A DNA stretch of 61,026 bases, filler included. It is 7 parts of 7 records of this genome, joined end to end, with 100 filler letters (N's around TTAATTAATTAA, not from the genome) between each part and the next. Parts side by side here need not be neighbours in the genome. Positions count along the whole stretch, not along the records: positions 46,572 to 51,648 come from SRR31156797_31197; positions 51,749 to 61,026 come from SRR31156797_31200; 5 more parts are not named here. One strand, 5' to 3'. Below, one piece after another: positions 48,762 to 58,697 of the stretch (position 1 is the first letter of the stretch; the number at the start of each line of letters is the position of its first letter). The notes under the pieces are model-generated. The model searched no databases and was not told the origin of the DNA. It worked only from the letters and a program-made list of their open reading frames with translations. Made by a program: the position numbers and the translations under genes.

Positions 48762-49445
48762 CTAGATGCGGGCTTTTACCATTGGATAAAAGGGAGAAGT
48801 TCGATATTCCTTGGCAAAGGTCTTTAAAATTTCATCCGCCTTTTCGGGTTGGTTATCAAGCCTGTATACGCGCTCCAAATTTAACATGGCGTTCTCCCGA
48901 AAAGGGTTGTCGGAGGTTTTCACAATGCCGTCCAGAATCCCGGCGGCCTCTTTCATTTCCCCCTTGGCTTCGTGACATGTGGCCAGTGCCAGAAGTGTCA
49001 GGGTTTCATAGGCCTCATTATCCGAAACTTTCGTCAAAAACTCCTCGTAATAACCGATGGCGTCATCATATTTTTCGTCTCTGAACTTTGCATGCCCCAC
49101 CTGGGCCAGTGCCAGATCCGCCGCGTTGCTCATGCCATAATCGCTGATCACCGCTTCAAAAAGCCCTTCCGATTTTTTAATACCCTCGTCCCCCGCATCT
49201 TCGGTCTGAAGACCCTGAACCAGGGTGTCGTAGGCCACATTATAGGCTGCCTGCCCCTTTTGGTTGATATGCTTCATATAACCCCATATGGAGATATAGG
49301 CCACCGCTATAAGGGCCAGGCCAATCCCGACCAATCTCACCTGGCGCATGTGCTCATTTACATAAAGCGCCACTTTCCCGGAAAGGGTCAGGAACTCGTC
49401 GGTATTTTTCAAAAGTTCTTTACGACTCATCTTTTTCGCTGCCAT
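48762..49445 (-). CDS. Membrane-anchored TPR protein (YfgM-like)
   Basis: 'RKELLK..DEFLT' N-terminus, single TM, TPR helices. Confidence 0.85.
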   Translation of the reverse strand: MAAKKMSRKELLKNTDEFLTLSGKVALYVNEHMRQVRLVGIGLALIAVAYISIWGYMKHINQKGQAAYNVAYDTLVQGLQTEDAGDEGIKKSEGLFEAVISDYGMSNAADLALAQVGHAKFRDEKYDDAIGYYEEFLTKVSDNEAYETLTLLALATCHEAKGEMKEAAGILDGIVKTSDNPFRENAMLNLERVYRLDNQPEKADEILKTFAKEYRTSPFYPMVKARI

Positions 49446-49584
49446 AACGGATAATGATCCTCCAAAATATTATGGGAAGAGCAATAACAAATGAAAGAAA
49501 AGCAGTCAACTATCAATTTAAAAAAACCGATAGTTGAAAGGTTTCACCTAAAAGGCCCAAAGACGCCAAGCGTCATTAAGTCCG

Positions 49585-49614
49585 TTGACATTTCGTACTC
49601 TGGAAACATAGAAT
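49585..49614 (+). promoter_or_regulatory. Putative sigma70 promoter of dedA
   Basis: TTGACA-N18-TAGAAT. Confidence 0.5.
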
Positions 49615-49673
49615 TCATTGAAAATAGCGCCGGGACCCACGGCTTTTATGCGAACTTTTCCGAAAGGACCCCC

Positions 49674-50315
49674 TTGTCTTATCTGGATCGCTTTTTTAAT
49701 CTCTTCGACACGCTTCCAAACTCTCTGCTCTATGTGCTGCTGGGATTGAGCGCCTTCGTCGAAAATATTTTCCCACCCATCCCCGGAGATACCATTACCG
49801 CTTTCGGCGCATTTTTAGTGGGCGCCCGCAAACTCGACTTCATGGGTGTTTATCTGTCCACGACCCTGGGTAGTCTGGCCGGTTTCATGGCCCTGTTCTG
49901 GATCGGCAATCTTTTGGGGCGAAAATTCTTTATTGAAAGGGACTACAGGCTTTTCAGCGCCCAAAATATCATTCAGGCTGAACAGTGGTTCCGGAAATAC
50001 GGCTATTTTCTGATCCTGCTCAACCGATTTTTCCCGGGGATCCGATCCATCATTTCCCTGGCAGGGGGCATTTCAAAACTGGGCGCTTTCAGGGTTGCGC
50101 TCCTGGCCCTGATCAGCGCCGGGGCATGGAACCTCATCTGGATCGCCATCGGCTACTCACTGGGGAACAACTGGGAAACCGTTAAAGAGAAAATGGGGTA
50201 CATCCTGTTTCAATACAACTTATCATTTCTGCTTCTCGCACTCCTGGTGGTCTTAATCTTCCTGTTGCGGATGTACAGGAAAAGACGGAAGGCGGAAAAG
50301 GAGGGATCGGAGTGA
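49674..50315 (+). CDS. DedA/SNARE-associated membrane protein
   Basis: 'ENIFPPIPGD', 'F.KYG...NRFFPGIRSIISLAGG', 'GY.LG.NW'; probable TTG start at 49674 after AAAGGA. Confidence 0.9.
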   Translation: MSYLDRFFNLFDTLPNSLLYVLLGLSAFVENIFPPIPGDTITAFGAFLVGARKLDFMGVYLSTTLGSLAGFMALFWIGNLLGRKFFIERDYRLFSAQNIIQAEQWFRKYGYFLILLNRFFPGIRSIISLAGGISKLGAFRVALLALISAGAWNLIWIAIGYSLGNNWETVKEKMGYILFQYNLSFLLLALLVVLIFLLRMYRKRRKAEKEGSE

Positions 50316-50321
50316 AAAATC

Positions 50322-50639
50322 TCATTTTTGGGTAACGGCCCCAATCCAGTCTAAAAAGGGCGGATGACCCTTTAAAATGGGTATGCTGACAACGCAAGGG
50401 CAAATATAGCTGTGCATGGATACCACCCTTTCAGTCAGTTTTTCAACGAGCGTTGCACTTGTTTTGGCCACAATCACCACCTCCTGCTCATCCTGTATTT
50501 CCCCTTCCCACCAGTACAACGACCGAACCGAACCGATCATATTGACCGATGCGGCCAGCCTTTCCGAAACCAACATTTTGCCGATGTTCAAAGCCTCTTC
50601 TTCACTTGATGCCGTGATATAAATCAGATTTGCTTCCAT
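50322..50639 (-). CDS. cutA: Divalent-cation tolerance protein CutA
   Basis: 'ERLAASVN...SLYWWEGEI...E...KT...HSY..P'; GGAGG RBS before ATG 50639. Confidence 0.92.
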   Translation of the reverse strand: MEANLIYITASSEEEALNIGKMLVSERLAASVNMIGSVRSLYWWEGEIQDEQEVVIVAKTSATLVEKLTERVVSMHSYICPCVVSIPILKGHPPFLDWIGAVTQK

Positions 50640-50832
50640 GGTTTCTACACCTCCCATCATTTTTTTTAGGTGAAACGGCAACCGTAAACCGGTAACGGAT
50701 AGAAAATATATTTGATATTAAAGAAAGAGTATGCTATGGAAATGCCGCGCCATAACTACTCATACTCATCAATATTACTAAAATTCTCAAGTAGTTGTAA
50801 AACCAAAATTTTTTGTGAAAAGGAGATTCCAA

Positions 50833-51648
50833 ATGACGGCAAAACTGATCAAAGGGACTGAAATCCGTGAAGAAATCCTGGGGGAAATTGAAGAGGAAGT
50901 CAAGAAGATCAAAGCGGAACATGGCAGGGTTCCCGGTCTGGTCACTATTCTCATAGGTGAAAACCCGGCCTCCATCTCTTATGTCACCCTCAAAATCAAG
51001 ACGGCGAATCGGTTGGGTTTCAAAGAAATTCAAGACAGCCAGCCCGCGGACATCAGCGAAGAAGATCTTCTGGCGTTGATCGACAAATACAACAACGACG
51101 ATTCAATCAATGGCATTCTGGTTCAGCTGCCGCTGCCGAAACACATTGACGACAAAAAAATCCTGAACGCCATTGATCCCGACAAAGACGTGGATGGATT
51201 CCATCCCGTCAACGTGGGAAGGCTGATGATCGGTGGCGATGAAGTGAAATTCCCCCCCTGCACCCCGGCCGGGATCCAGGAAATGATCGTTCGTGCCGGT
51301 GTGGAAACCAGCGGTGCTGAAACGGTTGTGGTGGGCCGCTCCAATATCGTCGGAAAACCGATTGCCAACATGATGCTGCAAAAGGGCGACGGCGCCAATT
51401 CCACCGTAACCGTGGTGCATACCCGAACAAAGGATATGGACGTTCACTGCAAACGGGCGGACATTCTTATTGTGGCGGCCGGCGTACCGGGCTTGGTCAA
51501 GCCGGAATGGATTAAGCCGGGAGCATGTGTTATCGATGTTGGCGTCAATCGCGTGGGTGAGAAAATCAGCGAAAAGACCGGTAAAAAAATAGCTGTCCTG
51601 CGTGGAGATGTGGATTTTGATGCGGCCAAGGAAATCGCCGGTTCCATC
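50833..51648 (+). CDS. folD: Bifunctional methylene-THF dehydrogenase/cyclohydrolase, 3' truncated
   Basis: 'GILVQLPLP', 'KDVDGFHP.N.G', 'PCTPAG', 'VVGRSNIVGKP', 'IDVGVNR', 'GDVDF'. Confidence 0.97.
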
Positions 51649-51748
51649 NNNNNNNNNNNNNNNNNNNNNNNNNNNNNNNNNNNNNNNNNNNNTTAATTAA
51701 TTAANNNNNNNNNNNNNNNNNNNNNNNNNNNNNNNNNNNNNNNNNNNN
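51649..51748. other. Artificial contig spacer
   Basis: N44-TTAATTAATTAA-N44. Confidence 0.98.
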
Positions 51749-51775
51749 CCAGTACTGGGTAAATAATATGGTCAT
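51749..51775 (-). CDS. 5' end of an unidentified gene (MTILFTQYW...) running off the contig
   Basis: AAAGGAG RBS then ATG ACC ATA TTA TTT ACC CAG TAC TGG at the contig edge. Confidence 0.45.
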
Positions 51776-52007
51776 GCGATGTCTCCTTTGTTATGTGATG
51801 GATCATACGACCGATGAGCGGGTTTTGTCCACCGGAAAACTGTTATGCATGATCTCGTTTTGGTGGTTTACGGTTGCCGGTTCGCACTTTACGGTTTTCA
51901 ACCTGTTCAGGGGGCGGTTATTGCCCATTAAAAGTTGACATTTTCAAATCGATCTGATCAAACATGGAGACCGTTTCAAACCCGAAACAATTTCAGGGGG
52001 AGAACAG

Positions 52008-53357
52008 ATGACCACCAATGAAGCCAGGAAAATCGGCGTATTCGGCGCATCAGCCATTGTGGCGGGTAACATGATGGGTTCGGGCATTGCGCTACTCCCT
52101 TCAAACCTCGCCAAAATCGGTTCCATTTCCATCTTTGCCTGGGCGATCGTCGGTTTCGGGGCCCTGGCCCTGGCTTTTGTCTATGCCCGGCTGGGTACGG
52201 AAAACCCGCAGGCGGGTGGACCCGTGGCCTATGCCGGGGAAGTTTCCCCCATCCTCGGGTTTCAGACGGGGGTGCTCTATTTCCATGCCAACTGGATCGG
52301 CAACCTGGCCATCGCCATCACCGGCGTGGATTACCTTTCCGTCTTTTTCCCCATCCTGACCCAACCCATTCCGGCAGGAATCGCCACCATCGCCGTGATC
52401 TGGCTTTTCACGGGTATTAATCTCCTGGAAGCCAGCTGGATCGGGCATCTGGTTTCCGTCGGCGTTATACTTCTTCTGATCCCGGTCTTTCTCACGGGGA
52501 CCTACGGCTGGATGTTTTTTGAAGCCAGCCAGTTCATGGCCAACTGGAATGTTACCGAACAGTCGTCATCGGGAGCGGTCATGGCCGCGATCCTGCTGTG
52601 CATCTGGAGTTTCATCGGGGTTGAAAGTGCTTCCGTGGGCGCGGGCGTGGTAAAGAATCCCAGAAGGACCGTTCCCCTGTCCACCATGATCGGTACCTGT
52701 GTTGCCGGTCTGGTCTATGTGTTGAGTTGTACGTCCATATCGGGCATGTTCCCGGCGGCCCATGTGGCCCAATCGGGTGCGCCCTTTTCAATGGCGGCCG
52801 GGCACATGTTCGGGGACTGGGCGCCGAAACTGGTGTCCGCCGTGGTGGCCTTTGCGTGCCTCTGTTCCCTGGGGTCCTGGATGCTGCTGGTCTCCCAGGC
52901 AGGCGCCCGCGCCTCCAGGGACGGGACCCTACCCAATCTTTTCGGCAAGACCAACAAAAAAGGGATTCCGGCAACCGGCATTATCATTACATCCCTGTTT
53001 ATGACGGTTTTGATGGGAATTCTCATGGTCATTTCAAAAGGGGGCAGCACCCAGGAGATTTTTGGTCACATTGCGAGCATCGCCGTCCTGTTGACCCTGC
53101 CGCCTTATTTGTATTCCGCCCTGAACCTCATCAGCCTTCACGGTTTCCGGGACCGGCGGGGCGTCGTACCCATTACGGCAGCGGTGCTGGCCTGTGCGTT
53201 CTGTTTTGTGGCTTTTTCGGGGGCAACCCGCGCATATCTGGCGGCGGCGGTGATCGTTATGCTGGGGGTGTTCATCTTTTATGCGGGCAAGGATCGCACG
53301 GAGTTCAAAAGGAAGATGGCCGAAAGCACGAAACACCGACCCGGGGGAGCAGAATAA
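52008..53357 (+). CDS. cadB: APC-family amino acid/polyamine antiporter, CadB-like
   Basis: 'KIG.F....VAGNMMGSGIALLP.NLA.IG', 'HANWIGNLAI.IT', 'W.F.GVESA...V.NP.RTVP', '.SLGSWM'. Confidence 0.82.
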   Translation: MTTNEARKIGVFGASAIVAGNMMGSGIALLPSNLAKIGSISIFAWAIVGFGALALAFVYARLGTENPQAGGPVAYAGEVSPILGFQTGVLYFHANWIGNLAIAITGVDYLSVFFPILTQPIPAGIATIAVIWLFTGINLLEASWIGHLVSVGVILLLIPVFLTGTYGWMFFEASQFMANWNVTEQSSSGAVMAAILLCIWSFIGVESASVGAGVVKNPRRTVPLSTMIGTCVAGLVYVLSCTSISGMFPAAHVAQSGAPFSMAAGHMFGDWAPKLVSAVVAFACLCSLGSWMLLVSQAGARASRDGTLPNLFGKTNKKGIPATGIIITSLFMTVLMGILMVISKGGSTQEIFGHIASIAVLLTLPPYLYSALNLISLHGFRDRRGVVPITAAVLACAFCFVAFSGATRAYLAAAVIVMLGVFIFYAGKDRTEFKRKMAESTKHRPGGAE

Positions 53358-54875
53358 ATGAAGGTGAGCCTTTTCCGATTCTTTTTTTGGGTCTCCATCA
53401 TGGTGGTGGTCTTTGTGATACCGGTTCAAGGGGAAGAAGTTACCGGCCAGGCCATGCAGGAAGAAATCAGAGCGCTTAAAGAGATGGTACTGGAACTCCG
53501 AAAACGGATACAGCAACTGGAGATGGACCGCGTGAAACCTGAGGGAACGGCGGGTACAGCCAAAACCGTGCCCGCCAGGAGGAAGCCCGAAAGGGCGTTA
53601 TCGGAAAAGGCCCCGGCTGATCCGGAAAAAATCGTTCCGGTCCAGTCTTCGGCAAAGGTCCAAAAACCCGCCAGAAAAGCCCCCATGCGGAAAAGTGAAA
53701 GGCCGGAGGAATTGGGCGCCAAACCCCCGGCGCCCCTTGACATCGGGGGACACGAGGTCCGGGTGGGTATCTCCGGGGCCATCCAGGCGGACGTAATCCA
53801 TGATTTCAATGCCTTGGGTTTGAAGCCCGGCCATGGCCAGGCCCGGGAGTTCATTACCGCCAATATTCCCGTGGGCGGACCCGCCGCCCGTATTACCAAC
53901 CGCACCACCTTCAGCCCCAACCAGACCTATCTCACCGGTTGGGCCGAGACCGACACGCCATGGGGGCCTTTTAAAGTCTATGCGGACGTGAACCTCATGG
54001 GCTCCACCACGGAGGCGGAATTTCAAGTCTATAAGGCTTACGGCCAATGGGGTTGGCTCAAGGCAGGCTTGGATTATACCTTGTGGATCAACCAGGCTGC
54101 CATCCCCAGCACCCTCGATTTTGAGGGCCCCAATGCCGCTCCGGAAAACCGCTTTACCCAGGCAAGCCTGAAAATTCCCTTACGTCCGGGTGCGGAGAAA
54201 AGAGAGCTTTTTTTTACCATCGGCGCGGAGGACGCCGGAGCCGACATGACCCTGCCCGCGGGCGTTACCCCCGTGGACCGGTTTCCGGCGGTTGTGGGAA
54301 AGTTTTCTTATGAACCCCATTGGGCTCATATTGAACTGGCCGGACTCTACCGTCGTCTCAAAGCCGAGGGCGTAGGGTATGACCAGTCCATAGACGGGTG
54401 GGGTGTGGCCTTCAGCGGCAGCGTCGACACCTGGGGAGATGACAATTTCATCTGGGGCCTGGAGTATGGAGATGCCCTCGGGGCCTACATACAGGATACA
54501 TCCGGTCTGGGGCTGGATGCGGCACCCGTATCCGCCACCGATACAACACTGAGGGCCATTTCAGCTTTCGGTGCCTGGGGTGCCTACCAGCACTGGTGGA
54601 GCAAATCCCTTCGGTCATCGGCCACCTACGGTTTTGTGCGTCTGAACAGCGATTTCGACCTGTACCCCAATCCTGCGGGGACCGGAACCTACAAACAGAC
54701 CCAATATGCCTCCATGAACCTGGTCTGGAGCCCGTGGCCCCCCTTTGATGTGGGCCTGGAATACATGTTCGGTCATCGGATGGTTACGGACCTTACGGCG
54801 GTGGACGGCAGTACCACGGGGCAGAATCACCGCGTTCAATTCACCATGCGGTGGAATTTTGATTGGGAGCGCTGA
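53358..54875 (+). CDS. DcaP-family trimeric outer-membrane porin
   Basis: Signal peptide, coiled coil, Pro/Lys-rich linker, beta-barrel with 'LDFEGPN', 'YQHWW', 'N..WSP...DVGLEY.FG.R'. Confidence 0.82.
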   Translation: MKVSLFRFFFWVSIMVVVFVIPVQGEEVTGQAMQEEIRALKEMVLELRKRIQQLEMDRVKPEGTAGTAKTVPARRKPERALSEKAPADPEKIVPVQSSAKVQKPARKAPMRKSERPEELGAKPPAPLDIGGHEVRVGISGAIQADVIHDFNALGLKPGHGQAREFITANIPVGGPAARITNRTTFSPNQTYLTGWAETDTPWGPFKVYADVNLMGSTTEAEFQVYKAYGQWGWLKAGLDYTLWINQAAIPSTLDFEGPNAAPENRFTQASLKIPLRPGAEKRELFFTIGAEDAGADMTLPAGVTPVDRFPAVVGKFSYEPHWAHIELAGLYRRLKAEGVGYDQSIDGWGVAFSGSVDTWGDDNFIWGLEYGDALGAYIQDTSGLGLDAAPVSATDTTLRAISAFGAWGAYQHWWSKSLRSSATYGFVRLNSDFDLYPNPAGTGTYKQTQYASMNLVWSPWPPFDVGLEYMFGHRMVTDLTAVDGSTTGQNHRVQFTMRWNFDWER

Positions 54876-54950
54876 TGGGGAGGAGAAAAATCCTTTTTCA
54901 GCGAATTTTAACGAAGGTAAATGCTTTTTTTCGGAAAGGAGAGGCCCAAA

Positions 54951-55448
54951 ATGTTAAAAAAAATTTTTTTACTTCTGATGGCTTTGTCTTTGAGCGGTTT
55001 TCTGAGCACGGCACATGCCGAGAATCTGAAAATCACCGATTATGTATTTACCTGGCATGCGGCCAAGGTAGAAGATGTCAAAATGAACATTGAAAAAAAG
55101 CCCGATGGCCTTTTAGTTGTCCTGAGTAGCCCCGGCGGACCCATTGCCAGAGTATCAGCCACGCCTGCACAGGCGATTGCCATCGCCAAAGTGTTAAAGA
55201 GCACCGATGAGCATTATGACAGACAGATGCGGGAAAAGGACATGAAGGCCGAAGACATGGTTCCCGTTGGCGATTTCAAAGTCTATTTTACCTCCAAAAG
55301 AGGGCGAAATTTCCAGGTGAGCCTCAGGGGACCGGGGGCTTTCAGTGCAGCTGTTTTGATGTCCAGGATGCAGGCGCTTAAAATAGCAGAACATCTGCTG
55401 AAGGCTGAAAAAATGGCGGCACTGGTTAATAAGCGCATCCGGCCATAA
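54951..55448 (+). CDS. Hypothetical secreted protein with an internal duplication
   Basis: AGGAG RBS, signal peptide ending AHA, two similar halves. Confidence 0.75.
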   Translation: MLKKIFLLLMALSLSGFLSTAHAENLKITDYVFTWHAAKVEDVKMNIEKKPDGLLVVLSSPGGPIARVSATPAQAIAIAKVLKSTDEHYDRQMREKDMKAEDMVPVGDFKVYFTSKRGRNFQVSLRGPGAFSAAVLMSRMQALKIAEHLLKAEKMAALVNKRIRP

Positions 55449-55623
55449 CCTGCCGCCTGAACGGGTTATATACCTGAACCCTCTGTTTTTTTGCACTTGC
55501 CCGGCGGTGGTGACGCACCCCATTGCCTTATAACGGGGTCGACCTTGGAATCGCTTGTCAGGGTGCCGGCGGTACCCCGCACCCTCTTTGGATTCCCGGC
55601 CCCACCGGGCTTCGACAGTACTT

Positions 55624-55637
55624 TTGAACATGTTCAA
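55624..55637. promoter_or_regulatory. Perfect 14-bp palindrome, possible repressor operator
   Basis: TTGAACATGTTCAA, 75 bp upstream of the antiporter gene. Confidence 0.4.
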
Positions 55638-55712
55638 GGCTGCTCTCCCGGGCGGGAAAAGCTGATCTTCGGCCATCCCCAGTGGTTCAACTGATATGGC
55701 GGGAATCAAACA

Positions 55713-57299
55713 ATGGATCCCATAATCCTCACCGTCGCATTTCTCATGGGGTACCTGGTGTACCGGCTGGGACTGCCGCCGCTGGTCGGTTTTCTCCTGG
55801 CCGGTCTGGCCCTCAGCGCTTTCGGCTTTACCATCACCCCTCTTCTCAATACCGGCTCGGATGTGGGCGTTACCCTCCTTTTGTTTACCATCGGTTTGAA
55901 GCTGAACATCAAAGACCTTGCCAAACCCGAGGTGTGGGGCGGGGCTTCCCTGCATATGGGACTCACCGTCACGGTTTTCGGTTTTGCCCTCTTTTGTCTG
56001 GGTTACTCCGGGCTGCGCTTTTTCATGGAGATGGATCTTAATTCGGCGCTCCTGGTGGCCTTTGCCCTCAGCTTCTCCAGCACCGTGTTTGCCGTCAAAA
56101 TCCTCGATGAAAGCGGCCGGATGAATTCCCTCAACGGGCGCACCGCCATCGGGGTCCTCATCCTTCAGGACATTGTGGCCGTCATTTACCTGACCCTTTC
56201 AACCGGTAAAGTGCCGTCATTATGGGCGCTCTTGGTCATCGGGCTCCTCCCCTTGGCCAGAAAGATTTTTCTGGCCATGTTAACCCGTGTGGGCCATGGG
56301 GAGTTAATGGTCCTGTTCGGTCTTTTTCTGGCACTCATTGCGGGCGCCCATACCTTTGAGGTGGTGCGGCTGAAACCGGATCTGGGGGCGTTGATCCTGG
56401 GTATGCTGATGGCGCCGCACCCCAGGGCCAAGGAGATGGCCGACGGGCTCATGAGCATCAAAGACATTCTGCTGGTGGGCTTCTTCCTGAAGATCGGCCT
56501 GACGGGTCTTCCGGAAATGTCCGGGTTAGCCGCAGCCGGTGTTCTGGTGCTGCTGCTGCCGCTTAAAATGATGCTTTACTTCCTGATATTCACACGGTTC
56601 ACACTCAAGTCTCGAACATCGTTTATCACCACCATGAATCTCGCCAACTACAGTGAATTCGGCTTGATTGTGGCGGCACTGGCCGTATGGAGCGGAAGAC
56701 TGGACCCCCAGTGGCTGGTGGTCATTGCCATCGCCCTTTCCGTTTCCCTGATTGTGGCATCCCCCCTAAACAAATATGCGGATCGGATATTTTTCCGAAT
56801 ACACCATCCGTTGAAGCGCCTTGAGACCCGACGGCGTCACCCCGAAGAGTTACCCGTTGATCATGCGCCGTGGCAGATCGTTATTCTGGGTATGGGACGG
56901 GTGGGTATTGGGTCCTACGACTGGTTTCAGGAAAAATTCGGTCATGTGGTGAGCGGTATCGATTTCAACGCGGAGACCGTTGCTTTCCAACTGGAGGCGG
57001 GACGTTGCGTGAGCGAGGGAGATGTGATGGATCCCGATTTCTGGCTGCGGCTGCCGGCGCCCCAAGGTGTTGTAAAACTGGTGGTTCTGGCCTTGTCAAA
57101 TCTTGACGCCATGCTGTACGCGGCGGGAAAGCTCAAGGAAATCGGATATCGGGGGGACATTGCCGCCGTGGCACGTTATGATGACGAGGTGGAAGCACTG
57201 CGCTCAGCCGGCGTCAACACCGCTTTTAATATATACGGTGAGGCCGGAGCCGGTCTGGCAGCCCATGTGTGTGAATCCCTTGAGACCTTTCAGGAATAG
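55713..57299 (+). CDS. CPA2 (Kef-type) cation:proton antiporter with C-terminal RCK/TrkA-N domain
   Basis: 'GLPPLVGFL', 'LLFTIGLKL', 'SFSSTV', 'LILQDI', 'SEFGLIV', 'GMGRVG'. Confidence 0.92.
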   Translation: MDPIILTVAFLMGYLVYRLGLPPLVGFLLAGLALSAFGFTITPLLNTGSDVGVTLLLFTIGLKLNIKDLAKPEVWGGASLHMGLTVTVFGFALFCLGYSGLRFFMEMDLNSALLVAFALSFSSTVFAVKILDESGRMNSLNGRTAIGVLILQDIVAVIYLTLSTGKVPSLWALLVIGLLPLARKIFLAMLTRVGHGELMVLFGLFLALIAGAHTFEVVRLKPDLGALILGMLMAPHPRAKEMADGLMSIKDILLVGFFLKIGLTGLPEMSGLAAAGVLVLLLPLKMMLYFLIFTRFTLKSRTSFITTMNLANYSEFGLIVAALAVWSGRLDPQWLVVIAIALSVSLIVASPLNKYADRIFFRIHHPLKRLETRRRHPEELPVDHAPWQIVILGMGRVGIGSYDWFQEKFGHVVSGIDFNAETVAFQLEAGRCVSEGDVMDPDFWLRLPAPQGVVKLVVLALSNLDAMLYAAGKLKEIGYRGDIAAVARYDDEVEALRSAGVNTAFNIYGEAGAGLAAHVCESLETFQE

Positions 57300-57425
57300 A
57301 TCTTCCGCATGGGTAGTAGTGGCAGACAAACGACGCCTTACAGTGGATGAGTAAGGAGGGGACGGGACGATGAGGAAAAGCATCATTTTGAAAGAGATCT
57401 TCGAAGAAGTCAACAGGGGATTGCC

Positions 57426-58640
57426 ATGCTAAAAATTCTGATCGTGGATGATGAATGGATCACAAGGGTCGAGATTGAAGAAATGCTTGCTAATCTGGGT
57501 TATGAAGTGCTTGGGCAGGCGGAAACAGGTGCAAAAGCCGTTGCCATGGTAGGGGAGCTGAACCCCGATCTCATTCTCATGGATGTGGAAATGCCCGGGG
57601 AGATGAGCGGCATAGACGCTGCCAGGGTGATCAAATCCAAATGGGGGACCCCCATCATTTTCATAACCGGATACGGTGATCCGGAGTACATTGAAGCCGC
57701 AAAGGAAATCGCCCCTTTTGGCTATGTGATGAAACCTTTTGATGAAAGAGAGGTTCACGCCGCCGTGGAAATCGCCATGACCAAAAGGGCCCTGGAACTG
57801 AAGCTGCAAAGAGCCCATGAACGTCTGGAGCGGATCAACCTGGGCTTGCAGAGAGAGATAGAGGAACGGAAGAAAACCGAGAGAGCGCTACGGGAAAGTG
57901 AGAAACTCTACCGGGATATTTTTGAAAAAAACAAGGCAATCAAGTGGGTGATCGATCCGTCTTCCTGTAAGATTATTGATGCCAATCCCGCCGCCTGTGA
58001 ATTCTATCAATACAGCCATGAAGAGATGACAAAACTTCGCGTCTGGGACATCAATATGCTGGGTGAAGCTGAAGTGAAAAGGATGATAGGGAGGGCAGTG
58101 AAGGCTGAACAAACCGAGTTTACGTTCAAGCATCGCCTGGCATCCGGTGAAATTCGCCACGTTCAGGTCTACACCGGGCCCTTTGAGAGTGGCGGGAAAA
58201 AGCTGCTCCATTCCATTATCATTGACGTCAACGACCGCTGGCGGGCGGAAGAAAAACGGAAGGACGCGCTCTCTCAACTTCAGGCGACACTCGAGGCGAC
58301 ACGCGACGGCATCATTGTTGTGGGCGTGGATTCAAAAATAAGCGTTTTCAGCAAACTGTTTAAAAAGATCTGGTATATGCCGGACCACATCCTCCGTTCC
58401 AAAGATGCCGGTCACGTCCTGAGCTGGGTGTCGGATCAAATAAACGGGCCGGAAGCCTTTCACCAAAAAGTGCAGGCTGCGTTTACTGATCCAGATTTGA
58501 ATACCAAAGATACGCTCTATTTGAAAGACGGACGTATTGTGGAAGCTTATTCCCGCCCTCAGAAACTCAATGAAAAAATAATCGGGAGGGTGTGGGGCTT
58601 TCGAGACGTGACCGCGCGCAAAAAGACGGAAAAGGCATAA
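57426..58640 (+). CDS. Response regulator receiver + PAS-PAS protein (no output domain)
   Basis: REC 'PDLILMDVEMPG...PFGYVMKPF', coiled coil, two PAS/PAC domains ending 'RVWGFRDVTARK'. Confidence 0.9.
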   Translation: MLKILIVDDEWITRVEIEEMLANLGYEVLGQAETGAKAVAMVGELNPDLILMDVEMPGEMSGIDAARVIKSKWGTPIIFITGYGDPEYIEAAKEIAPFGYVMKPFDEREVHAAVEIAMTKRALELKLQRAHERLERINLGLQREIEERKKTERALRESEKLYRDIFEKNKAIKWVIDPSSCKIIDANPAACEFYQYSHEEMTKLRVWDINMLGEAEVKRMIGRAVKAEQTEFTFKHRLASGEIRHVQVYTGPFESGGKKLLHSIIIDVNDRWRAEEKRKDALSQLQATLEATRDGIIVVGVDSKISVFSKLFKKIWYMPDHILRSKDAGHVLSWVSDQINGPEAFHQKVQAAFTDPDLNTKDTLYLKDGRIVEAYSRPQKLNEKIIGRVWGFRDVTARKKTEKA

Positions 58641-58697
58641 GAATTGTTTTGCTGAAAACATGGGATGAACCCGCGGGACGTGATTAAGGAGACGCAA

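Noticed and set aside
9611-51648. Linking folD, the CoA ligases or the sulfatase to the methyltransferase cluster as one pathway locus
   Set aside because: They are on different contigs separated by artificial spacers, so adjacency carries no information
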